Below, piece by piece: positions 11,267 through 22,114 of a DNA stretch of 64,000 bases; the stretch's first letter is position 1, and each line of letters opens with the position of its first letter. The DNA is from Eledone cirrhosa. Lineage: Eukaryota. The stretch spans positions 8,308,001 to 8,372,000 of the forward strand of contig OZ024764.1 of NCBI GenBank assembly GCA_964016885.1. Direction: 5' to 3'. The notes beneath the pieces were generated by a model, which was not told the origin of the DNA, did no database searches, and was given only the letters and a program-made list of their open reading frames with translations. The translations under genes were made by a program, and so were the position numbers.

Positions 11267-11654
11267 AGTGTGATCACATAATGGGGGCATGAATGTAAAT
11301 TAAGGCTTGCGGCCCACCTGATGATGAGCCATATCTCATGCGGTCCGCTTCTCGAAAATGGTTGCCCATGTCTGATCTATGATAATAGGTCTACTGGATT
11401 GGACTGACCTGGAGCTAAACAAAAACAAGAAGACAGGATGGCCACAGCTGGAGCATCTTTGATCATAGGTCTCCTGGATCATTGAGATGGAAACAAGCCC
11501 TAAAGGAAAGGATCTGCGTAGTGCGATGGTTAACGCTGTCAATACCTCACCACCGCCTCAAGAAGATGATGATGGTGATGGTGATGATGATGATGGTGAT
11601 GAGCAAGACTCAGACATTCTGAATAGATAGATATAATCACATATGTATATATGT

Positions 11655-13510
11655 TCCCACCCAGCCCACACTGTAAAGTGGTCATGTAGGTGTCACAACA
11701 AAAAGCACCCGGTCCATACTGTAAAGTAGGTGTCACATCAAAAAGTACCCAGTCCACACTGTAAAGTGGTCATGTAAGTGTCACAACAAAAGGTACCCAG
11801 TCCACACTGTAAAGTGGTCATGTAAGTGTCACAACAAAAAACACCCAGTCCACACTGTAAAGTGGTCATGTAGGTGTCACAACAAAAAGTACCCAGTCCA
11901 CACTGTAAAGTGGTCATGTAGGTGTCACAGCAAAAAGTACCCAGTCCACACTGTAAAGTGGTCATGTAGGTGTCACAACAAAAAACACCCAGTCCACACT
12001 GTAAAGTGGTCATGTAGGTGTCACGACAAAAAGCAACCAGTCCACATTGTAAAGTGGTCATGTAGGTGTCACAATAAAAGGCACCCAGTCCACACTGTAA
12101 TGTGGTCATGTAAGTGTCACAATAAAAAGTACCCAGTCCACACTGTAAAGTGGTCATGTAGGTGTCACAATAAAAGGCACCCAGTCCACACTGTAAAGTG
12201 GTCATGTAGGTGTCACGACAAAAAGCACCCAGTCCACACTGTAAAGTGGTCATCTAGGTGTCACAGCAAAAAGTACCCAGTCAACACAGTAAAGTGGTCA
12301 TGTAGGTGTCACAATAAAAAGCACCCAGTCCACACTGTAAAGTGGTTGTGTAGTTGTCACAATAAAAAGCACCCAGTCCACACTGTAAAGTGGTCATGTA
12401 GGTGTCACAATAAAAAGTACCCAGTCCACACTGTAAAGTGGTCATGTAGGTGTCACGACAAAAAGTACCCAGTCCACACTGTAAACTGGTCATGTAGGTG
12501 TCACAACAAAAAGCACCCAGTCCACACTGTAAAGTGGTCATCGAGGTGTCACAGCAAAAAGTACCCAGTCCACACTGTAAAGTGGTCATGTAGATGTCAT
12601 GACAAAAAGTACCCAGTCCACACTGTAAAGTGGTCATGTAGGTGTCACAATAAAAAGCACCCAGTCCACACTGTAAAGTGGTCATGTAGGTGTCATAATA
12701 AAAAGCACCCAGTCCACACTGTAAAGTGGTCATGTAGGTGTCACAACAAAATGTACTCAGTCCACACTGTAAAGTGGTCATGTAGGTGTCACAACAAAAA
12801 GTACCCAGTCCACACTGTAAAGTGGTCATGTAGATGTCATGACAAAAAGCAACCACTCCACATTGTAAAGTGGTCATGTAGGTATCACAATAAAAAGCAC
12901 CCAGTCCACACTGTAAAGTGGTCATGTAGGTGTCACAGCAAAAAGTACCCACTCCACACTGTAAAGTGGTCATGTAGGTGTCACAACAAAAAACAGCCAG
13001 TCCACACTGTAAAGTGGTCATGGAGGTGTCACAACAAAAAGCACCCAGTCCACACTGTAAAGTGGTCATCTAGGTGTCATGACAAAAAGCACCCAGTCCA
13101 CACTGTAAAGTGGTCATGTAGGTGTCACAATAAAAAGCACCCAGTCCACACTGTAAAGTAATCATGTAGGTGTCACAATAAAAAGCACCCAGTCCACACT
13201 GTAAAGTAATCATGTAGGTGTCACAATAAAAAGCACCCAGTCCACACTGTAAAGTAATCATGTAGGTGTCACAATAAAAAGCACCCAGTCCACACTGTAA
13301 AGTAATCATGTAGGTGTCACAATAAAAAGCACCCAGTCCACACTGTAAATGTGGGTGGCGTTAGGAAGGGCATGCAGCTGTAAAAACCAAGCCAAAATCA
13401 GTTCTGTATGAGCAGGACATGGTCACCTGACCTAGAATTTCTCACAACAGGACAACTCGTGTAACCCATGCTAGTGTGGAAAAATGGACGTTAAATGGTG
13501 ATGATGTTGA
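11655..13510 (+). repeat. 48-bp minisatellite (~35 copies) within an RTE/SINE 3' tail
   Basis: The unit cccagtccacactgtaaagtggtcatgtaggtgtcacaacaaaaagca runs into ttaggaagggcat...ggacgttaaa(tga)n. Confidence 0.9.
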
Positions 13511-13551
13511 TAAACTCCAGAGAGAGTCAATGTGTTGTCACATGGACATAC

Positions 13552-13615
13552 AGCGTTTCTAGGGCATTTTTTGAAAACCTGGCAGAGTCCATCTCCTCTT
13601 CAGATCTGAACACAG
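13552..13615 (-). CDS. Unknown gene, coding exon 4 (AVFRSEEEMDSARFSKNALETL)
   Basis: Pyrimidine tract plus aatcag| acceptor and CT|GTATGT donor. Phases 1/2 fit both neighbouring exons. Confidence 0.65.
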
Positions 13616-13894
13616 CTGATTTCTTCCAGAGAAGGAGAGAGATAGTGAGAGAGAGAGGAAGTGAGAAAGAGATATAGAGGGATAATGAACCCTAGTAGTA
13701 CACTGGTACATTGTTAAAATTTCTCCTGTTTTTCTTTCTTCTGTCTTAGCAAGTTTCAAAAGACATGCTACATGTTTATTGTCAGTATCTTAATACCATC
13801 CTTCAGACATGGCAATGGTAGTAGCAGTAGTAACAGCAGTAGTAGTAGTAACAGTAATAGCAGCAGCAGTAGCTGCATCACTCAAACACTATTT

Positions 13895-15210
13895 CATCAT
13901 CATCATCATCATCATCATTGTTTCACATCCATCGTCCACGCTAGCATGGGTTAAACGGGAATTGTCCCACTTGAAGCAAGATTGATCGGGTGACCGCGTC
14001 TCGCTCGTATAGGACTGTCTGGCAGGTTTTCTACAGCTGGATGCCCTACTTAACACCAACCACACATTTACAGTGTGGACTAGGAGCCATTTTACCATGT
14101 CTCCCACACGACCCCTTTACAGTGTGGTCTGGGAGCCTTTTTACTGCGTCTCCTACATGACCCCTTTACAGTGTGGACTGGGAGCCTTTTTACTGCGTCT
14201 CCTACATGACCCCTTTACAGTGTGGACTGGGAGCCTTTTTACTGCGTCTCCTACATGACCCCTTTACAGTGTGGACTGGGAGCCTTTTTACCATGTCTCC
14301 TACATGACCCCTTTACAGTGTGGACTGGGAGCCTTTTTACTGTGTCTCCTACATGACCATATTTACAGTGTGGACTGGGAGCCTTTTTACTGTGTCTCCT
14401 ACATGACCCCTTTACAGTGTGGACTGGGAGTCTTTTACTGTGTCTCCTACATGACCTCTTTACAGTGTGGACTGGGAGTCTTTTACTGCGTCTCCTACAT
14501 GACCCCTTTACAGTGTGGACTGGGAGCCTTTTTACTGTGTCTCCCACATGACCCCTTTACAGTGTGGACTGGGAGTCTTTTACTGTGTCTCCTACATGAC
14601 CACTTTACAGTGTGGACTGGGAGCCTTTTTACTGTGTCTCCCACACGACCCCTTTACAGTGTGGACTGGGAGCCTTTTTACTGTGTCTCCGACATGACCA
14701 TATTTACAGTGTGGACTGGGAGCCTTTTTACTGTGTCTCCCACACGACTCCTTTACAGTGTGGACTGGGTGCTTTTTGTTGACACCTACATGACCTGTTT
14801 AGTATGGACTGGATGTTCTGTGGTACCAACATAAGTTTACAGAGAGAGGGTGGTGTGGGCAGAAGTGGGAGGATGGAGTAGGGGTAATGGAGTGGGGTGT
14901 ATATTTGGTTAAGAGGTGCCTACTGACTGAAGGTTAGCTCTGCATGTAGGGGAGGTGTGTCTTCTGTATTACTACGTAGCACTAAAGATCTCAGTCCAGT
15001 GACATTGTCTTAGAGAGGTGTAAGTGTGCAAGGTTAGATTTTATCAGATCGTCCCAGGTTTTTCTGGGTCTACCTACTCCGTAACTACCATCAATTTTGA
15101 TCACCCTGCACTTTTTTATACAGCTGTCGTCTTTCATGCACATCACGTGACCATATCAACGTAATCTTCTCTCAAGTAAACAGCATCTGATCCCTCTTAT
15201 TCCTTATTTC
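13895..15210 (-). mobile_element. 3' fragment of an RTE-like LINE with an internal 49-bp tandem array (14065-14795)
   Basis: Degenerate RRLR(W)YGHV and GRPRKTWDD motifs at 15050-15180, the shared 3' tail, and a (GAT)n end. Confidence 0.75.
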
Positions 15211-15278
15211 TCACATTATAAATATATATATATATACGATATATTAACAAATGGAAACTATATTTATAAAACCATATT

Positions 15279-15343
15279 TATTTCATTATACATATTTCAA
15301 GGACACCAAGTTAAATTATGGTGTGCTTTCATCAGATAAAATA
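15279..15343 (-). ncRNA. Type I hammerhead ribozyme motif (minimal stem III)
   Basis: TATTTTAT-CTGATGA-AAGCACACCA[loop]TGGTGTCCTT-GAAA-TATGT-ATA-ATGAAATA. Stems I and II pair and the core is intact. Confidence 0.8.
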
Positions 15344-15513
15344 TAATATAGAGCAGTTTTATAAATAAATTTTGACATACCCTTAAAGAATGCGACCATT
15401 ACTGTTGGAAGCTCCCGAATAGTGCTTTATATCAGTTATAAAAATATTTGCTTGTTGTATCCCAACAATTTAAATAGAACTTCTACATATATATATATAT
15501 ATTTATTAAAATA

Positions 15514-15580
15514 ACAGATTAAAGTTTAAGCAAAGAATCGCTGCTTTCACCCTTAACGGGATCTTCTGAAACTAACAAAG
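15514..15580 (-). ncRNA. Hammerhead-like motif with variant core CAGAAGA (left arm of inverted repeat)
   Basis: AGTTT-CAGAAGA-TCCC.GTTAA.GGGT-GAAA-GCA[loop]TGC-TT-AAACT. Confidence 0.5.
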
Positions 15581-15774
15581 ACCACATCTTAAACGACATC
15601 TTTTATACCATAAACGTGGTTCTGTCTTTGCGCGTAATTGTTTTCACCGCTCCTATTAATGACGTATTATTCTTTTTTCCCGTTCTTTGCCAGGGAACGT
15701 TTCCACGAACCAAAGTATCGTCTTCCTGTCTTCCTCCGGTTGCAACGTTTTTTGAAATATCCAGTTCTGCGTTT

Positions 15775-15850
15775 ACAGATTGACTTTGTTAGTTTCAGAA
15801 GATCCAGTTAAGGGTGAAAGCAGCGATTCTTTGCTTAAACTTTAATCTGT
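15775..15850 (+). ncRNA. Hammerhead-like motif with variant core CAGAAGA (right arm of inverted repeat)
   Basis: Same fold. Stem I is extended by acagattga/ttaatctgt. The arms at 15499-15580 and 15783-15865 are near-identical inverted copies. Confidence 0.5.
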
Positions 15851-16164
15851 TATTTTAATAAATATTTGCTCTACGGTTCATATATATTTGATATATATTT
15901 TCCTTATCGAGCCCTCTGGATTTTAGTCTTCAATTTTATTATTATTACTAATATATATATATATATATATATATTTATTTACACACACACATATAGACAC
16001 ACACACACACATATACCTAAATGAAAACTAAGTATTCAATAATAAGGAAAGAACCTACTATTTCTACCAACTTATTCTGTCTACAGTCATTTTACGGCAC
16101 CAGAGTCAGTCAAGAGCATATATAAGACGGAACGGTCGATAGTGTCAAAATACACACACATGAA

Positions 16165-16510
16165 GGGGAGGTGTGGTTAGTGGTTAGTGGTTAGAGCATT
16201 GGCCTTGCAATCGAAAGGTTGGGAGTTCAATTCTCAGACCGGGTGATGTGTTGTTTCCTTGAGCAAGACACTTTATTTCACATTGCTCCAGTTTACTCAG
16301 CTGTAGAAATGAGATGATAGGGACTGGGGTCCCTATCATTCCACTGCAAAATGGTTGTGTAGGTTCGACGGAAAAAAAAAAAAAAGCACCCAGCACTCAC
16401 TGTAAATGAGGTTGGTGTTAGGAAGGGCATCCAGCTGTAGAAATCAAGCCAGAATGAGTTCCCGTCCCACCCTTGCAAGCAGGGAAAAGCGGACGTATGA
16501 TGATGATGAA
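16165..16510 (+). mobile_element. tRNA-derived SINE family A with RTE-type 3' tail (also 34980-35120, 43630-44010, and 53680-54065 minus)
   Basis: A/B boxes (tagtggttagagc...gagttcaattc), central ttgagcaagacactttatttcac, and tail ttaggaagggcatccagctg...(GAT)n. Confidence 0.82.
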
Positions 16511-16929
16511 CACCAGGTCTGAACACAGTAGAACCGAACTCCCACTGTCATCGACTCCGTCTCTATCTCACCCTCCCCATCTCTCACTATTGTGAGCAAA
16601 TTGTGTCGTGGCTTCAATGCCAGGACTGAGTTTGACTGGACTGTAATTGACTGGTGGCTTGCTCGAGTGTGTGTGTGTGTGTGTGGGGGGGGTCATGCAG
16701 TGTTAGTAGCTTAGTGTCAACGAAACCAAGATAAGAATCAGCCTAATGAGACTCCAGGTTCAAGACAGACTTTAACTCTGCAATGGACTGGGGTTTTGTC
16801 CAAGAGGGAGCCTAGTACTCTGTTGTTTAACATCAAGGAAACTGAGAAAAGCATCAGCCTGGTAAAAATTGAGTCTAAAGACAGACATTAACCATGCAAT
16901 GGACTGCCGTTCTGTCCAGGGGGGAGTCA

Positions 16930-17826
16930 TGTAAGGTTCGTACATAGAATTACGATGGAAGGTTTCTAGATAAATATAAACACTTTAACCCTTTCATTAC
17001 CATATTTCTAATGAAAGACACTGTTTGGAACATAACTTAAGAAAGGTTCTTACATAAAATTATAATGGAAGGTTTTTAGATAAATATAAACACTTTAACC
17101 CTTTCATTACCATATTTCTAATGAAAGACACTGTTGGTGTTTGGAACATAACTTAACAAAGGTTCTTACATAAAATTATGATGGAAGGTTTTTAAATAAA
17201 TATAAACACTTTAACCCTTTCATTACCATATTTCTAATGAAAGACACTGTTGGTGTTTGGAACATAACTTAACAAAGGTTCTTACATAAAATTACGATGG
17301 AAGGTTTTTAAATAAATATAAACACTTTAACCCTTTCATTACCATATTTCTAAGGAAAGACACTGTTGGTGTTTGGAACATAACTTAACAAAGGTTCTTA
17401 CATAAAATTATGATGGAAGGTTTTTAGATAAATATAAACACTTTAACCCTTTCATTACCATATTTCTAATGTAAGACACTGTTGGTGTTTGGAACATAAC
17501 TTAAAGGTTCTTACATAGAATTATGATGGAAGGTTTTTAAATAAATATAAACACTTTACCCTTTCATTACCATATTTCTAATGAAAGACACTGTTGGTGT
17601 TTGGAACATAACTTAACAAAGGTTCTTACATAAAATTATGATGGAAGGTTTTTAGATAAATATAAACACTTTAACCCTTTCATTACCATATTTCTAATGA
17701 AAGACACTGTTGGTGTTTGGAACATAACTTAACAAAGGTTCTTACATAGAATTACGATGGAAGGTTTTTAAATAAATATAAACACTTTAACCCTTTCATT
17801 ACCATATTTCTAATGAAAGACACTGT
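16930..17826. repeat. 116-bp satellite (~8 copies) containing a TTAA-CCCTTT MITE terminus
   Basis: cactttaaccctttcattacc recurs at 17091, 17207, 17323 and onward. Confidence 0.9.
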
Positions 17827-18316
17827 CCCCTATGATTTTCAAATAATTCTGAAAATAATAAAAAATTCGGAAGCGATTAGTAAAATCATTTTCTTATCAT
17901 TAAGTCTTGTTTTGAACATAACAGAGGGTGGGGCCCTCCTAATTTGGCACACCCTCTCATAAATATATAAATTGGAAGAGGCTATGTAGCCGGTAAGAGT
18001 GCCAGGCACCATGAGTTGCGGACTTTTACGGTTAGAGTTAAAAGAATTTGAAATCTTTTCCACCATCAATCGTTAAAAAAACAAGTTAAAATCATTTAAT
18101 CGTCCATTGGTAACGTACCTTACACTTTAGTTACATACACCATCACCATCATCTTCGTTTAACGTCCATTTTCCACGCTGGCATACACGTAAATACATAA
18201 ACAGGTAGACAACAGAAGGAAGTGGCTGGTGAAACGCTATAGCGATGTGTATTGCGTCCATTTAGGGTTTACCGGCTAGGGGGGTTATTTATATAGATAT
18301 AAATGTATCTATTTAC

Positions 18317-18757
18317 CTTTATTCAAAGCTTCTATAGAGATTTTCACCAGTTTCACCGGAACAATGATACCACGACTTTTTTCGACTTTCTGGTCCTTAT
18401 TATTGTCACCATTGTTGCTGTTGCTGTTACTATTGTTGCTGTTACTGTTGTTGCTGTTACTATTGTTGCTGTTACTGTTGTTGCTGTGACTATTGTTGCT
18501 GTTACTGTTGTTGCTGTTACTGTTGTTGCTGTTACTGTTGTTGCTGTTACTGTTGTTGCTGTTACTATTGTTGCTGTTGCTGTTCTGGGGCTCAGGTATA
18601 CGGAGTAATTTACTCAGTTCTTGCTTCACCGATTCTTCCAGGTGTTCGCTCCCTAAAGATTCCTGCAAACAGTCCTGGAGTCGCTGGGACAAAAGGACCT
18701 CTGGCACATACATTATACTGTCCCTCTGTCTCTCTAGCTGTTGTTGTACGTCGCTCT
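18317..18757 (-). CDS. Unknown gene, coding exon 3 (includes Asn/Ser repeat)
   Basis: Open frame SDVQQQLERQRDSIMYVPEVLL...ESLGSEHL...(NSNSN)n...EALNK. Donor AAAG|GTAAAT. Confidence 0.7.
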
Positions 18758-18764
18758 CTTTGAG

Positions 18765-18806
<42 letters not shown>

Positions 18807-18812
18807 AAACAC

Positions 18813-18887
18813 GGCTTCTCTCTAGTAACTCAGCGGTTCTCTCTGTTGAGTGTGCTTTTCTCTCGTATTCACGCACGGTCTCTCTCC
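18813..18887 (-). CDS. Unknown gene, coding exon 2 (GRETVREYERKAHSTERTAELLERS)
   Basis: tatag| acceptor and C|GTGTTT donor. Phases 1/1 are consistent, but the splice sites are weak. Confidence 0.55.
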
Positions 18888-19003
18888 CTATATATATATA
18901 TAAAGTATTTCTGTAGGACAATAAACTACTGGTAAATGAAATAATTATCTTATGTTGTTTTTTACGTAACTATATGTGTGTATATATATATATATATCAA
19001 AAC

Positions 19004-19088
19004 CGTATGTTTTTTTCGCTTCGTTGGAACACCACCATGTCTTTCGTTGTTGTGGTGTGAGCTGTGTTGTCGGGTTCGTCGATGGCAT
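19004..19088 (-). CDS. Unknown gene, first coding exon (MPSTNPTTQLTPQQRKTWWCSNEAKKTY)
   Basis: ATG at 19088 next to a CpG-rich region. G|GTTTTG donor in phase with exon 2. Confidence 0.55.
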
Positions 19089-19280
19089 AAACTGATTACG
19101 TCATCGAAGTAGGCGAATTGTGCACTCTGACGGACTTCCGTCGGTTTCGACGACGAATTTCCTAGTCTTCTTGTGAAATTAACGTTCAAGAGTCTGAGCT
19201 TTCCACAGGTACGTGTACGCTTAACGAAGTAGTAAATCTCAGGGAGACTTAGTGCGACATGGCACAATCAGACGAATAAA
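19089..19280. promoter_or_regulatory. CpG-rich putative (bidirectional) promoter
   Basis: High CpG, a tacgtca CRE-like motif, an acttccg ETS-like motif, and a + strand donor CAG|GTACGT at 19208. Confidence 0.45.
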
Positions 19281-19544
19281 CAGCAGTAGTTTTTATTTAA
19301 GCAAGGTAGATAACTGTGAGCTATCTTATATCGGTTCAGAAACTGCACTAGTAACCTCCCTTGAAAATGCACGACCACACTGTATTGTTTAACCTTTAAT
19401 CAGCTTTTAACAAGGAGCCATGTGACCAGCGGTATATCGCAGCCATGACTATCACGTCCTATTTTTAGTATTTTTCTTCTTTTTTTCCCCCCAAATCCAG
19501 TCATTGGACTGCGGCCATGCTGGGGCATGAGCTACAAGGGGTAT

Positions 19545-20680
19545 AGTTATAATAATAATGAAATTATTGTGTACAGTGCTCAGGTGCACTACAACTCATC
19601 AAAGGTGCATGTATAGTACATAGGATAATGTACAAATGTCAGGAAAATGAACAGTGTATGAGTCATGATATAATAACAATAACAATAATGAAATATTGTG
19701 TACAGTGCCCAGGTGCACCACAACTCATCAAAAAAGTGCATGTACAGTACATAGGGCAATGCACAAACATCAGTAAAATGAACAGTGCACGAGTCATGAT
19801 ACACACATGTGTGCATGTGTATGGAAGGGGTACATCTGGTGTAGTTTTGGCGTATTTCGGGAAGCATGAGTGTCTTAAAGGATGCAGTGTCTCGGCAGCT
19901 AACAATTGACGCAGGCAGTTTGTTCCATGCTTCAGCAACTCTGAGCGTGAAAAAATGTCTGCGAAAGTCATGGGAGCTGTGCTGTTTTCTTATCTTGTAG
20001 GCATGTCCACGTGTGTTAGACACATGGAGATCAAAGAGGCGCTCAGGGTTGCAGTTGGCGAGATGGTTAAAAACTTTGTGGGTATTCACCAAGTCCATTG
20101 CCAGACGTCGGAGCTTCAATGAATCCATGCCCAGGGAAGCAAGGCGTTCAGAGTATGGTAGGTGTCTGATGGAGGGTATGCGCTTGGTTGCACGTCTCTG
20201 AACAGTTTCCAGGAGGTCAATGTTCCGAGCAAGATAGGGGTTCCAGACTGATGATGCGAATTCCAAGTGTGGTCGCACCATAGCTGTATACAGTTTTAAA
20301 TAGATGGCTGGAGAGCGGCTAACAAAGGTCTTGCTGAGTGATGCCAAGACACCCTCGGCCTTCTTGACAATCTTTAAGACATGCTTTGTCCAACGCAAAT
20401 CGTTGCTGACAGTAATGCCCAGGTCACGTTCACAAGAGGACTTTTTGATGTCAGTGTTGTGGAGGGAGTATGTGGAAGCTGGATTTTTCCTTCCAAAATG
20501 CATGGTGGTACACTTGTCCACAGCCAGCTTCAGTTGCCAGTCTGTGATCCATTGCTGCATTGTGTCCAGGTCTGATTGTAGGAAAGAGTTGTAAATTTCA
20601 GGATCAGTCCTTTTGATTTCAAGGTACAGCTTGATGTCATCTGCATATTTTAGTACCGTGGCATTCTGTAAGTTGGCATA
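19545..20680 (-). mobile_element. 5'-truncated CR1-like LINE (RT C-terminus) with duplicated 3' end
   Basis: YADD, VRPHLEFASSVWNP, VQRRATK, TRGH and WNKLP motifs. (TTA)n tail. The 3' UTR is present twice (19545-19655, 19670-19790). Confidence 0.9.
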
Positions 20681-21097
20681 TACATACTTTAGTTGATCAT
20701 ATACATACGTATATCATCATCATTGCCACCAATTCTGTACTGAGGCGGGGCCACTGATCTTCTGAAGCCAGGGATCTGTGTTTCACTTATGTACGGTCTC
20801 ACGTTCCATCGAATGCTTAGGGGAGGTCCAACCCTTTGTTTGTCAAGATTTCTACGGCTGGAGGCCCTTCCTTTCACCAGCCCCTTTACAGTGTGTACTG
20901 GGTGCGTTTATCGTGTAAATCACTAACATTAGGGAGGTTGTCAAGCCCTTGACACAATTGGAGGGTAACATTATACATATATATATATATATGCATATAT
21001 ATATATATATAATTGTTTCTACTTTAGGCACAAGGCCAGCAATTACCCAGTGCATTACTGGTACTTTATTTTATCGACCCCGTAAGGATGAAAGGCA

Positions 21098-21245
21098 AAT
21101 TCTGGACAGTCCAGAATTAGCCGTCGAAACGGCTTGAGCTCAGCCGTCGGGGTCCTACTCGTTCCTATTACCCACTCTACTACCCGAAGTATTGAGTACT
21201 TTGGTGCGTTATGGTCCACCTGGTTCCTTACCACATTTCCTTCGT

Positions 21246-21247
<2 letters not shown>
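21098..21247 (+). mobile_element. Second copy of the 0.7-0.9 kb element, with the 3' half of a hammerhead
   Basis: Hairpin aattctggacagtccagaatt, then GAAA-CGGC[loop]GCCG-TC-GGGG. The 5' side is truncated at a SINE junction. Confidence 0.55.
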
Positions 21248-21276
<29 letters not shown>

Positions 21277-21300
21277 ACAATTAATAAAGATGGTGATGTG

Positions 21301-21417
21301 ACAAAAATCGTTTATTCGTTATAATTATTTCAACGGTTCTCCCATGCAATCAAGATGTAATTCATCCATTTGTTGCTGTTATGAGAACGGTATCCTCAGA
21401 TGAAATTCGATTTTGTT
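21301..21417 (-). ncRNA. Type I hammerhead ribozyme motif
   Basis: acaaaatcg..tttcat-CTGAGGA-taccgttctc[long loop]gagaaccgtt-GAAA-TAATT-ATA-acgaa..cgatttttgt, with palindromic TAATTA in stem III. Confidence 0.72.
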
Positions 21418-21605
21418 ATATGCTGCCGGCAGGAAAAACATGTCCTTCTGCTCGGGTGCCCAGCAGATATATGAGTTCCTGAAAGGGTCTCCCAGCCGTC
21501 GTATTCACTAGAGTAAAGTGCTATCCATGTGTCAATTAGCGAAATCAAGATATATATATATATGGATATAATATAATATGAAAAGATGGTTGAAAGAGTT
21601 CCATG

Positions 21606-21677
21606 TATTTTATTATGCGCATTTCAAAAACAAATATCATCCATGGGATGATACTTGCGTTCTCATCAGATAAAATA
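21606..21677 (-). ncRNA. Type I hammerhead ribozyme motif (best preserved)
   Basis: TATTTTAT-CTGATGA-GAACGCAAGTATCATCC.CAT.GGATGATATTTGTTTTT-GAAA-TGCGC-ATA-ATAAAATA. Perfect 8-bp stem I and palindromic TGCGCA. Confidence 0.85.
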
Positions 21678-22114
21678 GGGAGACATGATATGAAGTTTAA
21701 AAAAACACTTGCGAGCAGTGAAATGTTAAATCTACATATGAAAAATAAAATAAGATGGATATATAAGATTGGGAAAAAAAGAAGGAAGGGGGAAGGAAAA
21801 GGTAAGGAAGAGGAAGAAAGAAAATAAAGGATGACGGGGCAGGAGTATAAGAAGGAAGGATGAGAGAGGAGGAGAAATGAGTGAGAGAGATATTTGCATT
21901 GCTTTATTTGCATTGCTTTAGTGTGTTACAATAAAACTCACCTCCTACATATATATATATATAGATATATATGCCCACGAGGAAGATAGACGTTAAACAA
22001 TGATGATGATGTTATATATATATATGTTAAGTATTTCCATGGAAAAGGTAAAGGAAAGAAGAGTGCTCAATGTATAGTACAGAGCTATTTAATTAGATAA
22101 TAAACAACACAAAT

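Noticed and set aside
11318-11360. CTGATGA plus hairpin as a hammerhead (also at 9262)
   Set aside because: No GAAA follows stem II and there is no stem III or stem I. It is part of a hAT-like MITE.
11655-13350. CRISPR-like or Cys-rich repeat-protein appearance
   Set aside because: The 48-bp units are head-to-tail with no unique spacers and derive from a retroelement tail. The context is eukaryotic and there are no cas genes.
18205-18265. GAAA-CGC...GCG-TC hammerhead half
   Set aside because: No CUGANGA core, no stem II, no stem I partner, and no second copy.
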